A stretch of DNA of 62,695 nt, counting the filler. It is 8 parts of 8 records of this genome, joined end to end, with 100 filler letters (N's around TTAATTAATTAA, not from the genome) between each part and the next. Parts side by side here need not be neighbours in the genome. Positions count along the whole stretch, not along the records: positions 1 to 12,746 come from SRR31147125_22720; positions 12,847 to 22,257 come from SRR31147125_22739; 6 more parts are not named here. One strand, written 5' to 3'. Shown here piece after piece: positions 11,901-20,300 of this stretch; within the stretch, counting starts at the first letter, position 1, and every line of letters starts with the position of its first letter. The notes beneath the pieces are model-generated. The model made no database searches and was not told the origin of the DNA. It was given only the letters and a program-made list of their open reading frames with translations. The position numbers and the translations under genes were made by a program.

Positions 11901-12681
11901 ACCCTTTGAGGTGTTTAATATTGATAAACCGGGAAATCTGGAAACGCTTATTCCGGTAGACATTAACGGGGATGGACAAGCGGATGTACTACCCAATACC
12001 GTGAGTTCTATGGTATGGTATGAATACAAACAAGATTTACAGCAATCCCCGGCTGTTCTCTGGATCAAACATACGCTGGCAAAGGAGACCGCCGGGCATG
12101 GTGTTGGGGCCGGAGACTTGAATGGGGATGGCAAAACAGATATCATCACACCAAAGGGCTGGCTGGAACAAACGACGCCCTCGGATGATGCCTGGTTATG
12201 GCATCCGGAATTTCAGTTAAAGGGAGCCAGCGTGCCTTTACTTATTCATGATGTGGATCAGGATGGTGATAATGATCTTATCGTGGGTAATGGCCATGAC
12301 TATGGTATCTACTGGATGGAGCAAGCTATTTTGGCGTCCGGAGAACGTAACTGGATTAAGCATATCATTGATGATACCTGGTCTCAGGCGCATTTCCTGT
12401 TGCTTGCAGATATGGATCTTGATGGTCGAAAAGATCTGGTAACCGGAAAACGCCGCCATGCTCATAACGGTCATGATAAAGGCGGTGAACATCCGGTCTG
12501 CGTTTATTACTATCGTTATAACACGAATAATAAAAACTGGACACGCCACGTCATTCATGAAGGCGGTCGGGTTGGATTTGGTATTTATACCGATGCAAAA
12601 GATATCGACAGTGATGGAGATATGGATATCCTCTGTCCCGGAAAATCCGGTTTGTTTTGGATGGAGAATTTGTTGAAATAA
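8965..12681 (+). CDS. Secreted HEAT-repeat + DUF1080 (3-keto-disaccharide hydrolase-like) + FG-GAP/VCBS repeat protein
   Basis: Signal peptide; HEAT repeats over roughly aa 30-680; 'LFDGRSLDGW...NFELRLKFK...NAGIQIRS...GYQADI...WNEYVI...GIIGLQIH' (DUF1080); repeated DxxxDGxxD motifs in the C-terminal third. Confidence 0.85.
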   Translation: MNKKSCRLVFPFIMTLFFVSSLFSAPIIPADKLATLKSYDFGKDKSVLIEIEELVFKNSTNLQAKSKMASELVGLLTGDSSYGCKQFVCRQLALVATENEVPILSSFLTDSVLSDMARYALVQIDHESVDKALLKKLSKTSGLVQIGIINSLGDRHYEKAIKNIGKLLFSQDSEVVNASALALGKIGGKKSAKLLKNAFEKVSLDNKKGVSDAYLRCADQFVGNNKRKEATQIYLFIYENASTPQLKAAALKGLLTVQHPQAYQFVISSIRDGQPQLQPIAASLTTQFPGKEKTKDLIQLLSNTSPDIRMILVNALGERGDKSALPAIERCTNDENLYVRIAALDALVQLGDASQVSLLAQIAANTTGFEKKAAQQGLYALKGDAVDQTILSLLKKSEPKVQAELIYCLVERQIPDVMETLVQVVSSSDASVRKAALTAMGELADEKDLSGMIELLLETPENERGALETAIAKIAKKSGAESECASQLINVYSKKENVENKASIIRIFGRLGHNSTLTLMREALANGEDALKENVITSLSMWPTADPLQDLYDVAEHSENKTHAVLALRGVIDLIGLDKSLSPDQQLDMYKKTMKLADQVAEKRRVFSRLSNIKTFPAMNYAARYLENPDLKEESCLAVVRIAMDVFSQNPGIVKPIIEKIDKNTGNDLLHDQISHLFRSIKHHENEMSSQRIAKVKEVALFDGRSLDGWEGNLDYFRIVDGSIVGGWLDRSVPQNEFLCTKKSYHNFELRLKFKLIGSKEKANAGIQIRSTRIPNHNEVIGYQADIGHNYWGCLYDESRRNKVLAPEVKAESVLINENDWNEYVIRCVDNRIQLWLNGYETVDYEETDESIEQTGIIGLQIHAGPASEIWYKDITIKELKEDVPFKVHVVNEDSRFEAATFIDMNKNNKLDIFCGGFWYEAPEWKKHIVRQVPEQDGYYLDFSAIPLDVDKDGWADIVNGSWHGKDLFWIRNTIQSGKPFEVFNIDKPGNLETLIPVDINGDGQADVLPNTVSSMVWYEYKQDLQQSPAVLWIKHTLAKETAGHGVGAGDLNGDGKTDIITPKGWLEQTTPSDDAWLWHPEFQLKGASVPLLIHDVDQDGDNDLIVGNGHDYGIYWMEQAILASGERNWIKHIIDDTWSQAHFLLLADMDLDGRKDLVTGKRRHAHNGHDKGGEHPVCVYYYRYNTNNKNWTRHVIHEGGRVGFGIYTDAKDIDSDGDMDILCPGKSGLFWMENLLK

Positions 12682-12746
12682 AAAGGAGTAGCATTCTAAT
12701 TATTGTTCTTCCGCGCAGGGCTGTATCAAAAGGTATCTATTACACC

Positions 12747-12846
12747 NNNNNNNNNNNNNNNNNNNNNNNNNNNNNNNNNNNNNNNNNNNNTTAATTAATT
12801 AANNNNNNNNNNNNNNNNNNNNNNNNNNNNNNNNNNNNNNNNNNNN
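12747..12846. other. Artificial contig spacer
   Basis: N-run / TTAATTAATTAA (stops in all six frames) / N-run, 100 nt. Base composition changes across it. Confidence 0.98.
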
Positions 12847-12990
12847 TAATATTATTACTCAACAAGCCCTTATAATATTAATATTCAATAATAATATGTA
12901 TTCTAAAATAGTATTAAAAAAATTAATCAAATGCTGATATATAATATATTTATGATATAATATATATTATATATTTTATGGAGAGAGAAT

Positions 12991-14484
12991 ATGAGAAGAT
13001 TTATTATATTAGTTACACTTATTATGTGTTTCTCACTGTTGTTTACAGGATGTAGTGCTGTAACAAACATTTTAGACCCACTGCCAGATGATTATGTAGA
13101 TGGGGTAAAAGTACCAAGAGAATATCCGGATGAGGATTTGGAAATCTATGACGATGCTGTAGTATTTGAATTGGAAGAAGATGATGAAGAAATTTTATTA
13201 AAATTCGGAACCGAAGATGACATTGATGATATCGCTGATTTCTATACAGATTTATTTGAAGATAATGAATTAACAATTGAGGAGCAGGAAGATGATAGAA
13301 AAGAATTCTATGCTAAGGGTAAAGGTTACGGATTTAGATTTGAGATAAATGCAGAAGAAGCAAGCGGCAATTACGAACAAAGAGCCTTTACAACTGTGGT
13401 TGAAGTTGATATTGAATTTTATACAGTTGGTGAAGAAACATTAAAAAAAATGCAGGGCTTTTGGCTAGGATATGGTGCTAATGGAGAGATTGATGACATA
13501 GTAAAAGATGGAGGCTACGCTGTAGAATTTAGAGATATTACAATGGATATCTATGAAGAATTTGAAACTACTAATACAAATATAGAATTTGAATTTATTA
13601 ATGACGATACTATAAAGATTATAGAAGACGGTGTAGAAGAAATTATTGATGTGACTTTTGAAACTATAGATGGAGCAGAGGTGATGACTTTAATTATTGA
13701 TAGTATTCCAATACATTTTGAAAAATCAACTTATGAAAAGATGATGGAATATTACGTTGTTGGTTCTAAGACACTTGAGAAAATGCAAGGGTTTTGGCTC
13801 GTATGCGGAATTAATGGAGAAATTACTGATAGAGCTAGAAAAACAGGGTCAGCGTATGAGTTTGAAGATATGGCAATTAACGCATATTATGGTTTTAAAT
13901 TAAAACATAAAAATAATATTTTTGAATTTGTAGATGATGATACAATAAAATATAGTGAAGGTGGTGTAGAAAATATTACAGATATAAGTTTTGAGACTGT
14001 TGATGGTATTGAAGTAATGACCATATTGTATGATGATGACAAAATACACTTTGAAAAATCCTCTTATGAGGATATGATGCTATATGCAGAGATGGCAGGC
14101 GAAGATGTTGAAGCAATTAATAATAATAATAAGGCAGCAGATTTGACAGATGAAGAGTTTGAGGAATGGATATCTGATATTGATTGGCTTTCTGCTATGT
14201 ATATATCAGCAGATGGCAGTGAATTTGCTCAAGATTATGAGAGTTTTCGTTTTAATTCAGCAGATCATACTGGTATACATGAAGATACTGATGGTACGGA
14301 GGAAATAACATCATGGTATGTGCTTGACGGTAAAATATATATTGAATTTCCCGACAGAACATATTATGGGCGAATTGAATTTCTATATCGTGCGAGAGAG
14401 GATTTCTCTTTCTTATACCTTGCCGATACAAGAGAAGGGTATGAAGGAAATGCTTTTGTTTATATGACGACAAAAATTCCATAA
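12991..14484 (+). CDS. Acidic lipoprotein of unknown function with a 111-aa tandem duplication
   Basis: Lipobox LFTGC. Two homologous units start at 13420 and 13753, 333 nt apart. Confidence 0.75.
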   Translation: MRRFIILVTLIMCFSLLFTGCSAVTNILDPLPDDYVDGVKVPREYPDEDLEIYDDAVVFELEEDDEEILLKFGTEDDIDDIADFYTDLFEDNELTIEEQEDDRKEFYAKGKGYGFRFEINAEEASGNYEQRAFTTVVEVDIEFYTVGEETLKKMQGFWLGYGANGEIDDIVKDGGYAVEFRDITMDIYEEFETTNTNIEFEFINDDTIKIIEDGVEEIIDVTFETIDGAEVMTLIIDSIPIHFEKSTYEKMMEYYVVGSKTLEKMQGFWLVCGINGEITDRARKTGSAYEFEDMAINAYYGFKLKHKNNIFEFVDDDTIKYSEGGVENITDISFETVDGIEVMTILYDDDKIHFEKSSYEDMMLYAEMAGEDVEAINNNNKAADLTDEEFEEWISDIDWLSAMYISADGSEFAQDYESFRFNSADHTGIHEDTDGTEEITSWYVLDGKIYIEFPDRTYYGRIEFLYRAREDFSFLYLADTREGYEGNAFVYMTTKIP

Positions 14485-14497
14485 TGACTGTGGATAT

Positions 14498-14527
14498 AGC
14501 CTTTAAGCTTTAGCTTAAGGGCTTTTT
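14498..14527 (+). terminator. Intrinsic terminator between the lipoprotein and WYL genes
   Basis: AGCCTTTAAGC-TTTA-GCTTAAGGGCT followed by TTTT. Confidence 0.7.
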
Positions 14528-14544
14528 AAATGGAGATCGAATAT

Positions 14545-15513
14545 ATGAAGCAAAGCGAGAAAATCCTATATATATTAAAAGTATTAATGGAAAATACCAA
14601 TGAGGAAAGCCCTTTAACAGCAAAAAAGTTGATAGAGAAGCTGGGGAAATATGGTATATCTATAGAACGCAAAACAATATATTCTGCCGTTGATACATTA
14701 ATATCCTTTGGCTATGATATACAAAACAGCAAGGCAGATCCAAAAGGATATTATATAGCATCCAGAGACTTTGAATTGCCTGAAATTAAGCTTTTAATGG
14801 ATGCTGTACAATCATCAAGGTTTATTACCCAAAAGAAAAGTATAGAGCTAATAAACAAGATAAAAAGCTTAACAGATGCAAACAGTGCTAGTAAGCTACA
14901 GCGTCAAGTTGTAGTTTCAGGTAGAGTAAAAATGGCAAATGAGAGGGTATATTACAGCATTGATGCGATACATGATGCCATAGCTAAGGGGAAACAAATA
15001 TCATTTCAATACTGTGAATATGATTTAAAGAAGAATTTAGTGCCTAGAAAAAATGGCAAAATATATATTTATACGCCTAGCCTTTTAATATGGGACGATG
15101 AACGATATTATCTGGTGGCGTATAATGCAAGACACGAAAGCTATACTCACTTTAGAGCAGATAAGATGATAAATGTAAAGGTTTTAAAAGAAAATGGTGC
15201 AAAACCTAAGAGTAAGCTAGACGCTGCAATGTATTCTAAAAGTGTATTTTCAATGTTTAATGGAGAATTTGAGGAAGTTACGATTGTTGCTGACAATAGG
15301 CTAGTAGGTGCATTTTTAGATAAGTTTGGCATGGACATAATGATTAGGAAGCATTCAGATAGTGAGTTCTGTGTAAAAACTAAAGTCGCTGTAAGCAATA
15401 CTTTTTTTGCATGGCTGTTTCAGTATGGCAGCATGGTAAGGATTATTTCTCCTGAAAGTGTAGTTGAAAAGTATAAAGAGCATATGAAAACCGCTTTAAA
15501 AGTATATAATTAG
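14545..15513 (+). CDS. WYL-domain transcriptional regulator (wHTH-WYL-WCX)
   Basis: N-terminal wHTH 'KILYILKVLMENTNEESPLT...IERKTIY'; WYL core 'LIWDDERYYLVAY...HFRADKM'; WCX 'FFAWLFQYG..VRIISP'. Start at 14545 chosen from the GGAG RBS at 14532 (ORF track starts at 14530). Confidence 0.9.
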   Translation: MKQSEKILYILKVLMENTNEESPLTAKKLIEKLGKYGISIERKTIYSAVDTLISFGYDIQNSKADPKGYYIASRDFELPEIKLLMDAVQSSRFITQKKSIELINKIKSLTDANSASKLQRQVVVSGRVKMANERVYYSIDAIHDAIAKGKQISFQYCEYDLKKNLVPRKNGKIYIYTPSLLIWDDERYYLVAYNARHESYTHFRADKMINVKVLKENGAKPKSKLDAAMYSKSVFSMFNGEFEEVTIVADNRLVGAFLDKFGMDIMIRKHSDSEFCVKTKVAVSNTFFAWLFQYGSMVRIISPESVVEKYKEHMKTALKVYN

Positions 15514-15521
15514 CCCTTAAA

Positions 15522-15570
15522 GTCCGTATTTTCGGACATTGAATTATGTACAATAGTTACATATTCAATG
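15522..15570 (+). promoter_or_regulatory. Candidate operator/promoter upstream of the TnpV-like gene
   Basis: Palindrome GTCCG-N6-CGGAC (15522-15537), TACAAT -10-like box (15549-15554), overlapping inverted repeat CATTGAATTATGTA/TACATATTCAATG (15537-15570). Confidence 0.5.
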
Positions 15571-15586
15571 AAAGAGGGTAAAAAAC

Positions 15587-16012
15587 ATGACAAATGCAAA
15601 TACAATAACTTATCAAAATGATAGGAAAGCAAAGCATTATAGGAATTATACTCCGATATTTAATTACGAGAAACGAATAGAAATTGGCAAATACGGTGAA
15701 CTAGCAAAAGAATATCTAAAAGAGAATGCTCCTATGGCATTTGAAGCATACAGCAAATATGATGAATTTAATAATTTAATTGCAAAAATAAATGATGATG
15801 CAATCAAAATGCTTAAAAAGGTGAAAGTTCAGCTAAAAAAGCACTATAAAATGCCGCAAACTAATGATTTTGCAATACTTGCAGAGCATAACCAGTTTAT
15901 TGAAAGCAAGTCAGAGGAAATAGTATTAAATGATATAGTTTATAAAATGCATATTTCCGATGATGAGGTGATAAGGGCAAAAGGGGCTAGACATGGCAGG
16001 ATGGTTAATTAA
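15587..16012 (+). CDS. TnpV-family protein
   Basis: 'IGKYGELAKEYLKEN' and 'SEEIVLNDIVY' resemble the recalled TnpV consensus (IGKYGR..xYLKE ... AEEIVLxELIY). GAGGG RBS. Confidence 0.65.
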   Translation: MTNANTITYQNDRKAKHYRNYTPIFNYEKRIEIGKYGELAKEYLKENAPMAFEAYSKYDEFNNLIAKINDDAIKMLKKVKVQLKKHYKMPQTNDFAILAEHNQFIESKSEEIVLNDIVYKMHISDDEVIRAKGARHGRMVN

Positions 16013-16145
16013 TAACTGGATATTAATGTAAACGCATAGTAGTGGATTGCAATGAAACGAAAAAGCACACATGTATGTGCGCCTTTTCGCATTCATTTGC
16101 ATTATGAATGCTAATTTATGTGGAGATGAGTTAATTAAGCAGAAG

Positions 16146-16742
16146 TTAATACTGTCTAAACGAAGGAGTTATAGTAAAGATAGTTTCTTTGCTTGTACTT
16201 GATAATACTGCGTTTTCATCAAAGGATATTTTTAACTCCAGCACACAAAAATCATCGGTTATGTTATTGTTATCTAAAACTATGCCTTCAAACGAAACAT
16301 TTGTTGACGTGGACACACTCTTTAAAGATTTACCGTTAAGTGAGTTAGATGTAGAATTGACAGGCTGTGAATCTGCAAATTGAGTTATAGTCCATTTTAG
16401 ATAAAGGTCTTTGCTTAGTTCCTGATTATCAATAGAAATATTAACACCATCTAATAAAACATCAATGGATCCATTGTTGATAATCTTATAGCTGAGTACA
16501 ACTTCATCTCCAGGAGCTAAATTGCTCAATTTTTCATTGACTGATGAAGTCCCATCAATAATCTCTTCTGAATACTCTGCTCCATTGCCTGTTGATTTAG
16601 TTCTTTCAATTATTTTCACATCAAAAGAACCTGACTTTGCAGTTACTAAATCATCTGAAGAGTCGATGTACTTTGCTAGTGCGGTATTGGCCAAGAGCAT
16701 GACCAATACTAAAGTTATAACTACTACAGCTAACTTTTTCAT
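16146..16742 (-). CDS. TasA/CalY-like secreted protein with a SipW-type signal peptide
   Basis: Signal '...TALAKYIDS.....SGSFDV' and the 'NLAPGD...I.N.GSID' motif. Confidence 0.65.
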   Translation of the reverse strand: MKKLAVVVITLVLVMLLANTALAKYIDSSDDLVTAKSGSFDVKIIERTKSTGNGAEYSEEIIDGTSSVNEKLSNLAPGDEVVLSYKIINNGSIDVLLDGVNISIDNQELSKDLYLKWTITQFADSQPVNSTSNSLNGKSLKSVSTSTNVSFEGIVLDNNNITDDFCVLELKISFDENAVLSSTSKETIFTITPSFRQY

Positions 16743-17321
16743 ATTACACTTCCTACTCGTGCTGGATAATCAGCGGTCTTTCCAGTCATTAATTTATTTG
16801 TATGTAGTTAAATGACTTTTATGCTTAGTTAATAATATAGCAGTTGATTCATAGTATTTAATATTTGTCTGTATATAAATAATAAACATAAATAAGTGTA
16901 TTTAAAATAGCCATATTTATACAAAAAGTTGGTAAAATTTATGTTATTAATGTTTGTAATTAAATTATTCGACTTTTTATATTAAAAATGTATATTTTTC
17001 CTAACAAAAGAAGAATATCGGTATTACAAATATGAAAATTTTGAAAATAAATACGATATTTTGTTTAAATAAGGAATTATTCGTCAATCTTTTAACAATA
17101 ATAGAAAAGTTCACTCTAGATTAAAGAATAGAGATTATTATATGATATATATGTGTGCAGCTATATCGGATGCTTTAAATTTTTGTGCTATACTTGTATA
17201 TTAAATTAGCAGTCTTGTAAAGTTGAAAACATAAAGACAGAGTTAGAATAGTTATAGTATATAAATAAAAATAGATATATTGCTTAATCAATAGAAAAAG
17301 ATAAAACTGGAAGGATATAAT

Positions 17322-20300
17322 ATGAAATTATCAATGAAAATATTACTAATATCAATAGCTTTTTTTGCAATAGTTTCATCCATAATTATGTTCATATTAG
17401 TCCCGAAGATAGAAATGGCTTATACACAGGATATACATGAAGAATATTTAGATTCTTTAGATGATACATTTGGACATATTGATGGATATTTAAGTCATAT
17501 TTCATATGATATTGATTTCATTAGCAAAATAGAAGAAATATATACAGATAAAGAAAACTACTTTACATCGTATGTCAATGTAGAGGATGAAGATTTCGCA
17601 TATTATCCTAACTTAGATGAACAGATAATTACTAAATGTTTTGAACAATATAATACAGTGAAAGATAATATTGAGGATATTTTTATTGGGTTTTCTGATG
17701 GAAGCTTTATAACTGTTGATCCGATTAAGGTGATAGGGGATACTGAAAGTATAATCTATAATTATGATCCGAGAGAAAGACCGTGGTATAAGGAAGCTAT
17801 GAGTAACCCTGGGGTTACTATTATGTCTTCTATCTATCAAAGGATGGAATTAATTGAGGGAATCGAGATTAACAGCCCAAGTAATTATTATTTGACTTTA
17901 TCAAAAACCATACAAAATGACAGTGGAGATATAGTGGGAGTGATTGGTGTTAATCTAGATATTGAGCACTTTCTTTCTCATTTAAACTTTTCCTCAACTA
18001 AAGAAGCAAAAGCTATTGGAATGATTTTTGATAATGGAATGGTTTGTGTGCTTGAGGAACAGGAGTTATCAATATATAGTGATTACTCTATACCAGATAT
18101 AATTCTATATAATAAAGATGATGATATAGAGAAAATCTTTAAGGGATTTGAAAATAGCAGCGATATTGTAAAATTGGATTCGGATACTAGAGACTATTCT
18201 ATATTTTATATTGTCGATACTGAATCAATTGATATGGAAGTATCTAAATATATAGATACCATATTATATGTAATATTATTTAGTATATTTGCATTTTTAT
18301 TATTAATAGTATTAACAATAAGCATTATTATTGTAAGACCTATCAATAAGCTCAGCAGAGTAACTTCACATATAAGCACTACAATGGACTTATCAAAGAA
18401 AGTAAAGCATACAAGTGGAGATGAATTAGGAAGCCTTGCAAATAATTTTAATAATATGATAGCAGAAATAAGGGCTTTTAGAGACAATTTAGATGACATT
18501 GTAGATAAAAGAACTTTGGAACTTTCAAAGTTTAGTACTGCTATTGAGCAGAGTTCTGTATCCGTTGTAATTACTGATACAGATGGAATAGTAGACTATG
18601 TTAATCCTGAATTTACCAAAGTTACAGGATATGAAAAAAGCGAAGTGTTAGGTAAGAATTTTAGAGATTTAAAATCTGTTAAGCAGAACAAAGTCTTTAA
18701 TTCTAAGATGTGGAGCAAAATAGTATCTGGAAGCTATTGGAGCGGAGTGGTGGAAAATAATAAAAAGAATGGAGATATATTACACGAAAGAACTATAATT
18801 TCCTCAATAAAAGATAAAGATGGAAAAATCGTGAATGTTGTTGCGATTAAAGAAGATATAACAGATTATATTCTAACTCAGCAAAAGTTAAAACATGCAC
18901 AGGAAGACATCAATTTAATTTTTGATTCCGTAGGTGAGGGAATAATCGGTGTTGATTTAAATAGTAAGATTACTTTTGTAAATAAAAAAGCATGCGATAT
19001 ATTAGGATATACAAAAGAAGAATTTAATGGGCTGGAATTAAAAAGAATTATCTATAAAGAGTATGATCCTTTACATAATACAAAACCCAATACAAAGTTA
19101 ATTATAAACAAAATCAAAGAATTTAAGGAAGTACAAATTGAAAATGAAATTCTAATAAACAAGAAAGGCGGGCAATTTGTTGCTGAATTAAATGGAGTAC
19201 CAATAATAAGAAATGGTGAATGCATAGGTTCTGTAATAGTATTCAAGGATTTAACTGAAAAATTAAAGATGGAGAGCAGTATTGAAGCTTTGTTTGATAA
19301 TATGCCTACAGGATTTGCTGACCACGAAATGATTTATGATGAAGATGGAAATCCTATAGATTATAGATATATTAAAATAAATAAGGCCTTTAATAGACAA
19401 ACAGGACTTTCGGAGGATGTTCTAGGTAAAACTGTGCATGAAATTATTCCAAATGTTAAAATTAAGTGGATAGATATCTATAATGAGGTTGTAAAAACAA
19501 AGGAGTCAAGAACATTTGAAGAATATTCTGTAGCTTTAGGGAAATATTTTAGAGTTACAACGTTTCCTACAGGAGAAAGAACTTTTGCCACGATTTTCGA
19601 CAATATTACAGAATCCAAAAAAACAGAACAAGTAATTGAAGAGAATGAAAAAAGATTAAGCTTTATTTTTGAAACTACTCCCTATGCAGTAGTAATCTCG
19701 GTTAGGGGTATTATACATTACGCAAATTCAAACTTTACTAAAATGACAGGGTTAGAAGCAAAAGATTCTGTGCTAGAAGCATATTATGACCTAATTGATA
19801 GGGCGGAGATGATTGAAAAAGTAAGGAAAGGTGAAAATGTAACTAACTTTGAAACAAAATTGTACAACGCAAAAGGCGGAATAATAAATGTTTTCATGTC
19901 TATTATCAGTACGGATATAGAAGGTGAAGATGGATTACTCGTATGGTTTATGGATATTACCGACATAAGAAAAGCAGAGGAACAACTAATAATTGCTAAA
20001 GAAGAAGCAGAGGCGGCTACAGAGGCTAAGAGTAATTTCTTAGCTAATATGAGCCATGAAATAAGAACACCCATGAACGCCGTAATTGGACTGAATAAAC
20101 TATTGAAAGATACAACACTGACAATTAAGCAGTCAGATTATGTAGATAAGATAGAAAGATCGGCCACAAAACTATTAAACATAATAAATGATATTCTGGA
20201 TTTTTCTAAAATAGAGTCTGGAAAAATGGAAGTAGAGAATATTGAATTTAACTTAGAGGAGGTAATTAAGGACCAAATAAGTATTAATAGTTTAAATGCA

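Noticed and set aside
15587-16012. Intact Tn4451-like mobile element around the TnpV-like gene
   Set aside because: No recombinase, relaxase, replication gene or terminal repeats are on this contig.
16743-16830. c-di-GMP riboswitch in the leader of the TasA/CalY-like gene
   Set aside because: Two small stems exist (AGTCATT/AATGACT and CTGGA/TCCAG), but the conserved GCAAA/GNRA-receptor features of class I and the class II motifs are not recognisable.
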